DNA of 64,000 nucleotides from a virus (lineage: Duplodnaviria > Caudoviricetes), in the IMG/VR virus record IMGVR_UViG_3300029288_004207, positions 16,563 through 80,562 of that record; one strand, written 5' to 3'. The first letter of the stretch is position 1. Each line of letters starts with the position of its first letter. The notes beneath the pieces are model-generated. The model did not search any database and was not told where the DNA came from. It saw only the letters and a program-made list of their open reading frames with translations. Shown piece by piece: positions 25,965 through 35,479 of the stretch. A program made the position numbers and the translations under genes.

Positions 25965-26714
25965 ATGAAAAAAAGAAATATTATTTTAATTGCAAGCCTT
26001 ATTATAATATTGGTATTAACTGGTTGTGTAACAGAAAATCTTGAGCAAGATTTATATACACAGAATGTTTATCCGATTACAGGCAATACTTATAATGTAG
26101 GTAGTACAACATTACCTTATCTTAACGGGTATTTCACTGATTTGTATGTTGCAGATGATTTAGAAGTAACGAATGATGTAAACATCGGTGGAGGGTTGGA
26201 TGTTGATGTAATTATAGGGCAGAATATACAAGTTACTGGTAAAGTAGAAGCTGATAGGTTAATTGGGGATGTTGAAGGATATTCTATTGATGTTGTACAA
26301 GTATCTGATTACAATATAGCGTTAAATGATACGTTATCTTTAGTTTTTCTTTTTATACCCGATGTTATAGTAGTTGATTATTCTGGTAGGGTACAGCATG
26401 ATACTACACTAGAGGATGGGCATACTACTGGTCATTGTCAGGTGGATATTACTGGTATTAATACCATGACATGTAACAATAATTATACAGCATTATTTGA
26501 TGATAATGGGGTTATTGGTTCTCAATATGGGCAAAATGATGTTGTAAATACAGTATTAATTTATGGTGGGAATGATGGAGTTGACGAATCATATATTTTG
26601 GGAGTGGGAACTTGGACTACGGCAACTAAAACATTAAAAATAACATTTAGCACAATTGCGAACACTAATGATGCAACAAATTATATTGAAATAATGGCAG
26701 TTGCTTACAGATAA
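25965..26714 (+). CDS. lipoprotein with fibre-like beta repeats
   Basis: Lipobox LTGC (Cys21); DLYVADDLEVTNDVNIGGGLDV. Confidence 0.6.
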   Translation: MKKRNIILIASLIIILVLTGCVTENLEQDLYTQNVYPITGNTYNVGSTTLPYLNGYFTDLYVADDLEVTNDVNIGGGLDVDVIIGQNIQVTGKVEADRLIGDVEGYSIDVVQVSDYNIALNDTLSLVFLFIPDVIVVDYSGRVQHDTTLEDGHTTGHCQVDITGINTMTCNNNYTALFDDNGVIGSQYGQNDVVNTVLIYGGNDGVDESYILGVGTWTTATKTLKITFSTIANTNDATNYIEIMAVAYR

Positions 26715-27114
26715 GGAGAATAGTGCAATGACCTTTTGGATATTATTAGCTCTAGCAGGTTTTCTAACTTTTTTATCGGTAAGATACTTTAATTTCTGGT
26801 TATCCGCTTGTGGTGCATTAGCGTGGATATTGTTATGGTGGTATAACACACAATATCCCCCCACCAATATAGCAGTAAACTCGTTTGGACATCAAATATT
26901 ATATTATTTATTCATAATGCTTGCCATAGGGACATTTTTTAATTGGGTAAGGAATAGGGATAGATTACCAAGCGGATATACAAGAACCGCAAAAGAACAG
27001 GCTGAATACGAAAGTGATTATAAGTCTGCTTCCAATGGTGAGATAGATGAAAGAATAGCTTATCATGATAAGGTTCAAAAAGCGTTAAGAACTGGAAAAT
27101 ATCATCGGAGATAA
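26701..27114 (+). CDS. three-TM membrane protein
   Basis: Hydrophobic helices; probable start at the ATG after AAGGAG. Confidence 0.65.
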   Translation: MLTDKENSAMTFWILLALAGFLTFLSVRYFNFWLSACGALAWILLWWYNTQYPPTNIAVNSFGHQILYYLFIMLAIGTFFNWVRNRDRLPSGYTRTAKEQAEYESDYKSASNGEIDERIAYHDKVQKALRTGKYHRR

Positions 27115-27117
27115 CTA

Positions 27118-27366
27118 ATGGAGAGTTATAAAATAACACCAAGGGGTAGAATGTATGCACAAAATATTTATGCCCCTAGAACTGCTGGATACAAAGTACT
27201 ATGGTTACTTAATCATAGAGATGAATTAAGTAAAGACCAAATATATAAGGAAGTACCCGATGCTTCATGGCATACTTTAAGAAAATTAAGGAAATTAGGT
27301 GCTATACAGATTGTAGCAAGCACAACGGAGGTTGGCTATGGGAATATTGGACAGTCTAGTTGGTAA
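27118..27366 (+). CDS. possible winged-helix protein
   Basis: YKITPRG..KVLWLL..LSKDQI..LRKLRKLGAI pattern. Confidence 0.45.
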   Translation: MESYKITPRGRMYAQNIYAPRTAGYKVLWLLNHRDELSKDQIYKEVPDASWHTLRKLRKLGAIQIVASTTEVGYGNIGQSSW

Positions 27367-27571
27367 GAAAAAACAAACCACCGAAGAAATAGAGGCTGAA
27401 ACAGAAAGGCTTGAAGCTGAAGATAGAAAAGCTGGATTTGAACTATCAATACAGCAAAAAAGATGGGCGGCACAGGAATTAAAATCTAGGGGAGTAAGTG
27501 CTAGAAGTTTTGGTAATACTAATGAAGATGGGACTTGGCAAAAGATAATCTCTTGGCTTCGCACACATTGA
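27332..27571 (+). CDS. small coiled-coil protein
   Basis: GGAGGT RBS; EEIEAETERLEAE. Confidence 0.6.
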   Translation: MAMGILDSLVGKKKQTTEEIEAETERLEAEDRKAGFELSIQQKRWAAQELKSRGVSARSFGNTNEDGTWQKIISWLRTH

Positions 27572-27636
27572 GGAGGTGATAAATATGCCTGCTAAAGCAC
27601 AAGTGAGGATATTAAATAGTTTATAGAAAGAAGTTA

Positions 27637-29319
27637 ATGACATTTATGCAGAGTATTTCAATTATCATACCTACATGTAATGAATCTGAAAATATTAAGA
27701 CTCTTTTACAGGGAATATGGGATGTTTTAGTTCCATATAAACTTGAATTAAAATATGAAATTATTGTAGTAGATGATAGTGATGATAATACCGCAATAAT
27801 AGCTAAATCTTTAGGTGCAAAAGTCGTTAAAGGACAACGTAAAGGATTAGGGCAAGCGATTATAGATGGGTTTGACGCTTCACGGAATGACGTTTGTTTA
27901 TGTATGGATGCAGATGGAAGTCACGAACCTTTAGCGATACCTAGTTTACTCAAACCTATTTTAGAGCAAGGATATGATGTTGTAATAGGTAGTCGTTATG
28001 TAAAAAATGGTGATGTTAGTAAGTGGTCGCTTGGTCGCAGAATAAAATCAATAGTTGGCGTAAAACTTATGCAACTCGTTACCGGAGTAAAAGATTCAAA
28101 CTCCGGTTTCTTTGCGTTTCGTAAAGAAGTAATCAAAGACGCTAAACTTAATGGTAAAACTTGGAAGATAATGCTTGAAGTGTTATTCAAAGGAAAGTGG
28201 ATTAGTAAAGTTGAAGTTCCGATTAAATTTGGTGATAGGCTGTATGGCATAAGTAAACGTTCTACAAAGCAGGTAGTTAAAGATGCGCTTAATCTTATAA
28301 AACTTGTGGTGTATAGATATAGGCATTTCGTTAGTTTCGCTTTGGTTGGTGGTGTAGGAAATCTTTGGCATTTTGGATTGCTTTGGATATTAACAGAATA
28401 TGCCGATGTTTATTATATGTGGTCTGCGGTTATTGCCGTATTAATTGCTGGAACTTCTAACTATATAATGAACCATTATATTACTTTTAAGAATGAAAAG
28501 AACAATAACCGCAATTTATTCTTTGGATGGTTAAAATACGAGTCTGGAAATGGAATAGGTGATTTATTACAGCTTGGTTTACTTTGGTTATTAACTGATA
28601 GTTTTGGTATCTGGTATATGGCAAGTACCGCAATCGCTACTGGTATTACATTGTTTTTTAAATTTACACTACTCAAGAAAATTGTATGGGGTAAAAAGAA
28701 AAAGAGTGCTAAAGATGCAGATTATGAATGGGTAGCGTTTTACAAGGGGCTTCCTTGGCAAAAACGGTGGAAACAACTATTGGCTAGAATAGTAAAAGAG
28801 TTCGCAGAATGGAAAGATGGCAACGCTGGTAATATATTAGAGGTCGGATGTGGTAGTTCACCTTCGGCGTTGCTTATAAATCATGATGACTATATAGGAT
28901 TAGACCCCAATGGTGATAAGATAGAATACATGCAATCAAAGAACCTAAAAAATGTCCGTTACCATCAAGGGACGCTTGGAAATACAGTATTATCAGAAAA
29001 GTTTGATACTATCTTATTTGTGGAAGTAATAGAGCATTTGCCAAATAGAGATATGGCGATTTATAACTTATCAAAAATGTACGAATTATTGAATGATAAT
29101 GGGAAGTTAATCATTGCCACACCTAACTTTGATGGGTTTATGGGTAAGGCAATGGACAATCTTTATGGGATATTCCAAAAAGGTGCATATAAGGATGAGC
29201 ATCAATTAAAGTTTGGGTTACAGTCTCTTAAAGAGTTAGTAGAAAGTTGTGGATTTAAATATGTTAAGAGCAAGATACCGTCTGGTGCAGATATGATATG
29301 TCTTTTTGAAAAGCATTAA
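27637..29319 (+). CDS. fusion: DPM1-like GT2 glycosyltransferase + GtrA-like membrane domain + class I SAM methyltransferase
   Basis: IIIPTCNE, VVDD, MDADGSH, GSRY, SNSGFFAFR; four-TM SFALVGGVG..SNY; ILEVGCGS, FVEVIEHL, IIATPN. Confidence 0.85.
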   Translation: MTFMQSISIIIPTCNESENIKTLLQGIWDVLVPYKLELKYEIIVVDDSDDNTAIIAKSLGAKVVKGQRKGLGQAIIDGFDASRNDVCLCMDADGSHEPLAIPSLLKPILEQGYDVVIGSRYVKNGDVSKWSLGRRIKSIVGVKLMQLVTGVKDSNSGFFAFRKEVIKDAKLNGKTWKIMLEVLFKGKWISKVEVPIKFGDRLYGISKRSTKQVVKDALNLIKLVVYRYRHFVSFALVGGVGNLWHFGLLWILTEYADVYYMWSAVIAVLIAGTSNYIMNHYITFKNEKNNNRNLFFGWLKYESGNGIGDLLQLGLLWLLTDSFGIWYMASTAIATGITLFFKFTLLKKIVWGKKKKSAKDADYEWVAFYKGLPWQKRWKQLLARIVKEFAEWKDGNAGNILEVGCGSSPSALLINHDDYIGLDPNGDKIEYMQSKNLKNVRYHQGTLGNTVLSEKFDTILFVEVIEHLPNRDMAIYNLSKMYELLNDNGKLIIATPNFDGFMGKAMDNLYGIFQKGAYKDEHQLKFGLQSLKELVESCGFKYVKSKIPSGADMICLFEKH

Positions 29320-29441
29320 GGAGTAAAAGTATGCCAACGAGAGGAAAGTACCATCCCAAACCGAAAGCAGGTTATCAATCACTATTAAAAAGAGTATTTG
29401 GCGATGGTAAATTTGCAAAAAGTAAAAGGAAAAATAAATAA

Positions 29442-29690
29442 ATGCAGATGCCAAAGTTTCATAGTAAGATATCACTTATAATAGGTGCTATATCCTCTTT
29501 TATTTTGGCATTTACAGGTTTATGGTGTGGAGTATATTTTAATTTAATAATAGGTTTGTACCAATTTATTGTAGGATTAGTATTGGGTATCCATTGTGTT
29601 GATATGATACGATACTATAAAAAACATCGTATAGTAAAAATAGAAAAAACAGATACACATAGGATTATTACTAAGGAGAGTGAAGAATGA
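29442..29690 (+). CDS. small membrane protein
   Basis: Two TM helices. Confidence 0.55.
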   Translation: MQMPKFHSKISLIIGAISSFILAFTGLWCGVYFNLIIGLYQFIVGLVLGIHCVDMIRYYKKHRIVKIEKTDTHRIITKESEE

Positions 29691-29938
29691 ATATAAATAA
29701 ATTATTTAGTTATGATAAAACGCCATTGATATTTGATATTAAGTATAAAGTTATTTATTGTTGTTTATGGATTGTAGCGTTTGGATTCTTTGCTATATGT
29801 ATTGTTGGTAGGCTGATTAATGAGACACCGATAGTAGTAATATTTGGTGTATTAACTTTGATATCATTGCTTATGAAAGATATTATAGTAATGAATAATT
29901 TGTCTAAACAGTTAAAAAGTAAAAATGAACAAAAATAA
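29687..29938 (+). CDS. small membrane protein
   Basis: Two TM helices, ATGA coupling. Confidence 0.55.
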   Translation: MNINKLFSYDKTPLIFDIKYKVIYCCLWIVAFGFFAICIVGRLINETPIVVIFGVLTLISLLMKDIIVMNNLSKQLKSKNEQK

Positions 29939-30278
29939 GTTTTCGTGTTTCTGGCACGCATTAAAAATAATTTGGCATGAAAGAATGTTTAAAGTATGGT
30001 TAATGATATGTTTAATAGGAATAGTTATAGGATTAATTGTAGGAATAGGCATGACACAGTTAGTGTTGCTTGTGGCTATTGCTTGTATGGGGTTAGCGTT
30101 GGAGGTTGCTAATACTGGTATAGAAAAAATGATGGATGTTATTAATCCACAGTATAGTGAAAAAGTAAAAATTGTAAAAGACTTGTACGGCGCAGTTCCA
30201 GCATTTGTTTATAGTGCTTATGTGATTAGTTGGTTGATATTAGTTGCGCCGAAAATTTTTGAGATGATGGTAAACTAA
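29925..30278 (+). CDS. dgkA: prokaryotic diacylglycerol/undecaprenol kinase family protein
   Basis: HERMF, ALEVANTGIEKMMD (ExxNxxxE), KIVKD; three TM helices. Confidence 0.8.
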   Translation: MNKNKFSCFWHALKIIWHERMFKVWLMICLIGIVIGLIVGIGMTQLVLLVAIACMGLALEVANTGIEKMMDVINPQYSEKVKIVKDLYGAVPAFVYSAYVISWLILVAPKIFEMMVN

Positions 30279-30328
30279 AATAGCTAGAAGAAATGAAATA
30301 AATAGTGGTCGTTCCACAATAGGAGTAA

Positions 30329-30724
30329 GTGATGTTAATTGTAATAGAATCTACTAATTCTGAAAAACCTATTAATTATATGGCAGATATAATAGAATAT
30401 CAATCTTTAGTAAGACAAATATTAAAAAAGACAATCATTCCTTATAAAAGTTTATTAAAATTGATACGAGAATTATCATCTCATGATTTGATATGTGCAT
30501 TTATTCCCTATCATATGAATAATATTTACAATGAGAAAATAATTAATTATGTTCAGGAAATGCACAAGTTATATAATAGTATGATATTGGTCATTCCAAA
30601 TAGAGATGAATATATAAAATTATATGGAATGTCGGATATAAATATTAGAGGGATATCAAACTTTAAGAGTATTCTAAATTTATTATTAGATGTCAGAGAA
30701 TTAAATGCAGGTAGGGAAACGTAA
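30329..30724 (+). CDS. AT-rich hypothetical protein
   Basis: AGGAG RBS with GTG start; no motif recognised. Confidence 0.5.
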   Translation: MMLIVIESTNSEKPINYMADIIEYQSLVRQILKKTIIPYKSLLKLIRELSSHDLICAFIPYHMNNIYNEKIINYVQEMHKLYNSMILVIPNRDEYIKLYGMSDINIRGISNFKSILNLLLDVRELNAGRET

Positions 30725-30791
30725 GGGGTAAATAATGAATTATATTAAAAATATTAGTTGTATCAAAATATTAGAAAATTTGTTATAAGGG

Positions 30792-31052
30792 ATGATTCCA
30801 AAAATGAACTTAAAAGAAAAAGCAATCGCTACGGGAACAAACATGGTTATTAAAAAGATAGGATTAAACGGTTTTGTAAATGAGTACTCAAAAATGGGAG
30901 ATAAATATGATGCAGAGGCAGGTAAGAAATATAAGTCTGCTGAAGAAGAAGTTGCGCATTTTGTAGAAATAGTACCTTTATTAAAACCTGTCGAAAAAAC
31001 ATTAGTTCAGTTAACTCGCAACTACCGTAGGGAAAAAGGATTGTTAGTATAA
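30792..31052 (+). CDS. hypothetical protein
   Basis: Open frame with AAGGG RBS. Confidence 0.6.
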   Translation: MIPKMNLKEKAIATGTNMVIKKIGLNGFVNEYSKMGDKYDAEAGKKYKSAEEEVAHFVEIVPLLKPVEKTLVQLTRNYRREKGLLV

Positions 31053-31099
31053 AATTACCTAATGTAAGGTAATTATAATTATTTATAAGGATTTTTTAA

Positions 31100-31807
31100 A
31101 TGGGAAGATACAATAATCAACAACGTTCTATATTTATGATTACATACGCACGTTGGATAAAGGTATTATTGCATTTATTAATATTAGTTGATATTGGGAT
31201 TCTATTATTCATATTTTATAAATTATTTGTATCTAATACTATAAATGGTAGTAATAGTGTGTTTTTAATTATAATATTGGTAGTATTATTAGTGTGGTTT
31301 ATTTATGAATCAAAAAAGGTAATATATAAGTATTTATTTCCATCGTTTAAAATATCAGCACTTATATTAGTATCATTTGTATTATTATTGTCATTTGCGA
31401 AAATCTCTCCTTTTAGCGAATATAAAGACACAATATTTAATAAAATTAGTTCAATGAAATGTTCTCCAACTAAAGAAGTTTTACCTGATATTCCTTTTGG
31501 AACTTATGCTATGGATAAAATGTTGATGTTTGAAGAAAACATAACAATTAAATTAAATAGAGATTATACATATGAAATAAATTCAGAAGGTAAATTAGCT
31601 GGAGAAACATTTGGTAAAGAAAAAATAGTAGGTTATTATGAAACTACAAAAGATTATATTACATTTATAAATGATTTAGACCAAAGAAGGGTAACTTGTT
31701 CTTATAGGTATTCTGAAAAATTTGAATGTTTATATTTGTATATATCAGAACATAGCGAACCTCAAGCATATTATAAACAAGGAATTATAGATAATATATT
31801 AAATTAA
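31100..31807 (+). CDS. AT-rich three-TM protein with C-terminal beta domain
   Basis: Hydrophobic N-terminal half; IKLNRDYTYEI..GYYE lipocalin-like strands. Confidence 0.6.
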   Translation: MGRYNNQQRSIFMITYARWIKVLLHLLILVDIGILLFIFYKLFVSNTINGSNSVFLIIILVVLLVWFIYESKKVIYKYLFPSFKISALILVSFVLLLSFAKISPFSEYKDTIFNKISSMKCSPTKEVLPDIPFGTYAMDKMLMFEENITIKLNRDYTYEINSEGKLAGETFGKEKIVGYYETTKDYITFINDLDQRRVTCSYRYSEKFECLYLYISEHSEPQAYYKQGIIDNILN

Positions 31808-31820
31808 GATAGGGGTTTTA

Positions 31821-33536
31821 ATGATTACTTGGTTTAAAAAATATTGGATAGAATTATTGGTTTTTGGCGGTATTTTTGCTGTATTATTAAACAATTTGAG
31901 TCCAGAAATTACATGGATGAATACTGATAGTGATGGTGCGCATTATATATTAGCGGCGAAGTATTTAACAACTGCTCACCACATGAGCGCACCACTTTAT
32001 CTGTTACTTGGTCATTTATTTCTTTATATTCCATTAGGTACTGAAGCATGGCGCATGGGATTAATGAGTGTACTTGGTTCGTTTGGATGTGCTATATTTA
32101 TTTACTTAATAGTAAGACATTTAATTGAACATAATGTGCCTAATTTGGTAAATAAAGTAATATTACGTAGAAATAATCCAATAAATAAAGCACGATGGTA
32201 TGCGTTAATTTCTGTAATAGTATTTGGTGGTTCTGCCCTTGTTATCAGCCAGTCTATTATTATTGAAACTTACATGTTATCTACCATGTGTGCAGTAGGT
32301 GGATATTACTTTGCGTTAAAAAAGCATTGGGCATGGGCTGGTGTTGTTGTAGGGTTGGGAATGGCTATTCACCCGTTCCTATCGTTTATATCATGGGCAG
32401 TTATGTTCTTTGCGTTCAAGGAAATGCGTCAATGGAAGCACTTTTTAATCACGGTAAGTTTCTTTGCGTTTTATTTGTATATTCCTATCGTAGCTCATGT
32501 AAATCCCAATAATGATATGTGGGGTAATGAAACATCTAAAGGTTTCTTTGGTGGAACGCTTGGAATGGTTATGATGTTGACTGGCGGTATTGCCATGTGG
32601 GATATGCCCAAACGCTTAATTGATACCGTACTTATTGTAGTTTATAGTGTTGGGTTAGGTATTATCCCTATGGTTTGGTATTTTATTAAGCAAAAAACTT
32701 GGCGTAGTTCATTACTATGGCTAACGCTTATTCCTATTGCCTATTTTGCGATTAACTTAGCTATGGAAACCTACGTGTATGGCGTGGTAACAATAGCATT
32801 TGGTTCTATAGTAGTAGGATTAGGGTTGAGCAAATTAAAATGGCGTTGGGCGATTGCCACATTAATAATTGCTATTGGATTACTTGGTTTTAATGCTAAT
32901 TATTATGATATTGGACGAACACTTGACCCTGAAATGTCGGCAGAAAAGTTTTACCATGAGGAACTAGCTAAAATACCTGATGGCGATAAGTTTATGGGTG
33001 GTGGCTGGACTTGGGCAATGGTATATCTTTATAACCGTGAAGAAGGTAGAAATATCATACCTATATCTATAGATGCTTTAACTGATTCTGAAAATTATTG
33101 GCAAGTATTAGATAGAATGGGTATTAAATATTCCAAAGAGTTTACTAATCCAGATGAAGGTTTGATTTCAAGGCAAGGTAAAATAGCACAATCAATCGCA
33201 GAACTTAATGATGGTGTTTGGATTGCTAAAGAAACTAAGCCTGAAGTTTATCAATATTCTATTGAACCAGCCAAAGGTAATGAGGCTTATATTGGGCGTT
33301 GGATAAGGCAGGAAATAGAACCTGGAAATTGGCAATGGAAGCCGTCAAATCCAATAAAGTATATTTCTGGAGAACTTGAAGTAAAAGAATGGAATCATGT
33401 TCTTTGGAGTAGCACGAATGGATTTTATGTTATAGGATTAGGTGCTATAGGATGGTGCTTTATATGGGTATCTTGGAATTATATTAAACAGTGGAAAAAG
33501 AAAAAAGAGAATATTGATGAAGTTGTTAAACAATGA
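31821..33536 (+). CDS. GT-C membrane glycosyltransferase, DUF2723/TMEM260-like protein O-glycosyltransferase
   Basis: DSDGAHYILAA..TAHHMSAPLYLLLGHLF..GTEAWRMGLMS; multi-TM. Confidence 0.78.
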   Translation: MITWFKKYWIELLVFGGIFAVLLNNLSPEITWMNTDSDGAHYILAAKYLTTAHHMSAPLYLLLGHLFLYIPLGTEAWRMGLMSVLGSFGCAIFIYLIVRHLIEHNVPNLVNKVILRRNNPINKARWYALISVIVFGGSALVISQSIIIETYMLSTMCAVGGYYFALKKHWAWAGVVVGLGMAIHPFLSFISWAVMFFAFKEMRQWKHFLITVSFFAFYLYIPIVAHVNPNNDMWGNETSKGFFGGTLGMVMMLTGGIAMWDMPKRLIDTVLIVVYSVGLGIIPMVWYFIKQKTWRSSLLWLTLIPIAYFAINLAMETYVYGVVTIAFGSIVVGLGLSKLKWRWAIATLIIAIGLLGFNANYYDIGRTLDPEMSAEKFYHEELAKIPDGDKFMGGGWTWAMVYLYNREEGRNIIPISIDALTDSENYWQVLDRMGIKYSKEFTNPDEGLISRQGKIAQSIAELNDGVWIAKETKPEVYQYSIEPAKGNEAYIGRWIRQEIEPGNWQWKPSNPIKYISGELEVKEWNHVLWSSTNGFYVIGLGAIGWCFIWVSWNYIKQWKKKKENIDEVVKQ

Positions 33537-33789
33537 TATTTGGAATAAAGATACAAACAGTCATTATGTGGTGTTCCTCGCACTTTGTTTTGGGTTTTGT
33601 GGCGGGGTTAGCGGTGTTCTTGTTGACCTTGACCATCTATTATATTTCGCAGGGTGGAAACCTATCCCGTATGAATGGATGGCTGGTAGACCATTACACA
33701 TTACGATGGCTATTTTGGCTGGTTGTCTCGCTCTCTATAGTATTGCACGTCTTACAAGATTGGGGTCTAAATTGGTTTTAAAAAAATAG
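33514..33789 (+). CDS. short YdjM-like membrane metal-dependent hydrolase fragment
   Basis: LVDLDH..GRPLH motifs between TM helices. Confidence 0.5.
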   Translation: MMKLLNNDIWNKDTNSHYVVFLALCFGFCGGVSGVLVDLDHLLYFAGWKPIPYEWMAGRPLHITMAILAGCLALYSIARLTRLGSKLVLKK

Positions 33790-33799
33790 TGAGTAAACA

Positions 33800-35479
33800 A
33801 TGAAGCAAATATTATCACATAAGACATTATTAACTATAATAGGGCTATTTTTATTTAGTCTTATTATAATTTTACCACCACTAATACATGGGTATGTTTA
33901 TCCGAATATCGGGGATGATACTTCCGTTTATCTTGATAGGATAGAACTCATGGGCAAAGGTGAAGTTAGTGTACAATATACAGGCTATATGCTAATTGGT
34001 TATCCTATGCTATTTATGGAGAAATTATTACATTGGAGTATAGATACGCAATTTTTATGGATTAACTATCTTGTATTAATAATTGCGGGATTAGTATTGT
34101 TCTTTGTGTTCTCTAAACTTGTCAATAAGATTGCTGGAGTTATATCGCTTCTCACTGTTATATTCTGTTCGCAAGGTGTTATGTACCTATTCTATTATGG
34201 GCAAATATTTAATATCATAAATCTTACGATTGTATTACCGATACTACTATTATTCTGTGTAAATTACATAACGCAAGGGAAATGGTATAATCTTATTTTA
34301 ACTATCTTGCTATCGGTGTTATTTAGTAGCTTTCATACTAATGGTATTTATCTGCCAGCTTTAGCAGGAATTGGTTTGGTTTTCTACCTTATATATTGTA
34401 CTGTGAAAAAGGTAGAAATAAATAAAAGAATAGTTATAGTTTCTGGCACAATAACTGTTATTGCTATTGTGGCATTTATTGTATTAGTATTACTTCCAAC
34501 TGCTACGGTTCTTAAAGAGTATGTAAAAAATCCATTGATTTCCTCTTTAAATAATATCGGTAAGGGAATGACAGTCCCTCTTTATAGTTGGGCAATATCC
34601 ATACTTACGCCATTCATGTTGGGCATTATTGTTATATCCGCACTGTATTATAAAAATATAAAAGAAAAATTCAATAATAAGCATAAAATATTGTTTTATA
34701 TTCTATTGATACTTACAGTTATATTGGTTATTGTATCATTCGGTAAAATATCACTAGACCCTTGGAGACAAGCGGTTGATTTGGTTATTATTATTTCCAT
34801 GCTATTATCGGTATTGATGGGTATATTGTTATATAAACATAAATCTATCGTTTTAATAATACTTGTAGTTTTAATAATAAGTTTTGGGTCTGTTTTCCAT
34901 ATAAATTCGTGGTTTAAATATAATAGTGCCATGCGTGATATTGATTTTCAAGCTATTGAATATATGAAAGATTATAAGACATTTAGTTGCTCATCTAAAG
35001 TTGCTTTTTGGGTTTATGAGCGATATACCGATTGTAAACATAAAGATAACGATGGCGAAATTATTATTATGCGAAGTGAACCAATGACACCACGAAGCAC
35101 TGAAGATAATATATGGTATCAAAAACATGGCTGGCAACCCACTGATGAGTATGAATTAGTTAAAGAGTTTAGTGATAATCAGGTAGAAATAGATATTTAT
35201 GTTGTAAAAGAATATTTTAGATTTGAACGATTACAAAACCTATTATCAGATATGCAAGAATTTGGATTATTGAATGGTTCTCCAGAGTTATTAGGTAAAT
35301 CCGGTTGGGTATGTCCTAACTGCGGAAAAAGATATATGGGATATGCTGATAATACCTGTATATTTACAGATAATCCACCTATGTTATTTTATCAGTGTAA
35401 TGTGTGTGATTATAAGTATAAGTTTAAACCGATTGAAACTGGAAATTGGTATGACGCTGTGATGATGGAAGTAAAATGA
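33800..35479 (+). CDS. multi-TM GT-C-like protein with a C-terminal Zn ribbon
   Basis: TM1 followed by GDDTSVYL, ~11 TMs, AMRDIDFQAIEY domain, CPNC..CNVC tail. Confidence 0.6.
   Translation: MKQILSHKTLLTIIGLFLFSLIIILPPLIHGYVYPNIGDDTSVYLDRIELMGKGEVSVQYTGYMLIGYPMLFMEKLLHWSIDTQFLWINYLVLIIAGLVLFFVFSKLVNKIAGVISLLTVIFCSQGVMYLFYYGQIFNIINLTIVLPILLLFCVNYITQGKWYNLILTILLSVLFSSFHTNGIYLPALAGIGLVFYLIYCTVKKVEINKRIVIVSGTITVIAIVAFIVLVLLPTATVLKEYVKNPLISSLNNIGKGMTVPLYSWAISILTPFMLGIIVISALYYKNIKEKFNNKHKILFYILLILTVILVIVSFGKISLDPWRQAVDLVIIISMLLSVLMGILLYKHKSIVLIILVVLIISFGSVFHINSWFKYNSAMRDIDFQAIEYMKDYKTFSCSSKVAFWVYERYTDCKHKDNDGEIIIMRSEPMTPRSTEDNIWYQKHGWQPTDEYELVKEFSDNQVEIDIYVVKEYFRFERLQNLLSDMQEFGLLNGSPELLGKSGWVCPNCGKRYMGYADNTCIFTDNPPMLFYQCNVCDYKYKFKPIETGNWYDAVMMEVK

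Noticed and set aside
33533-33781. 82-aa ORF overlapping 33514-33789
   Set aside because: The other frame carries the DLDH/RPLH motifs; this one has none, though I cannot fully exclude it.
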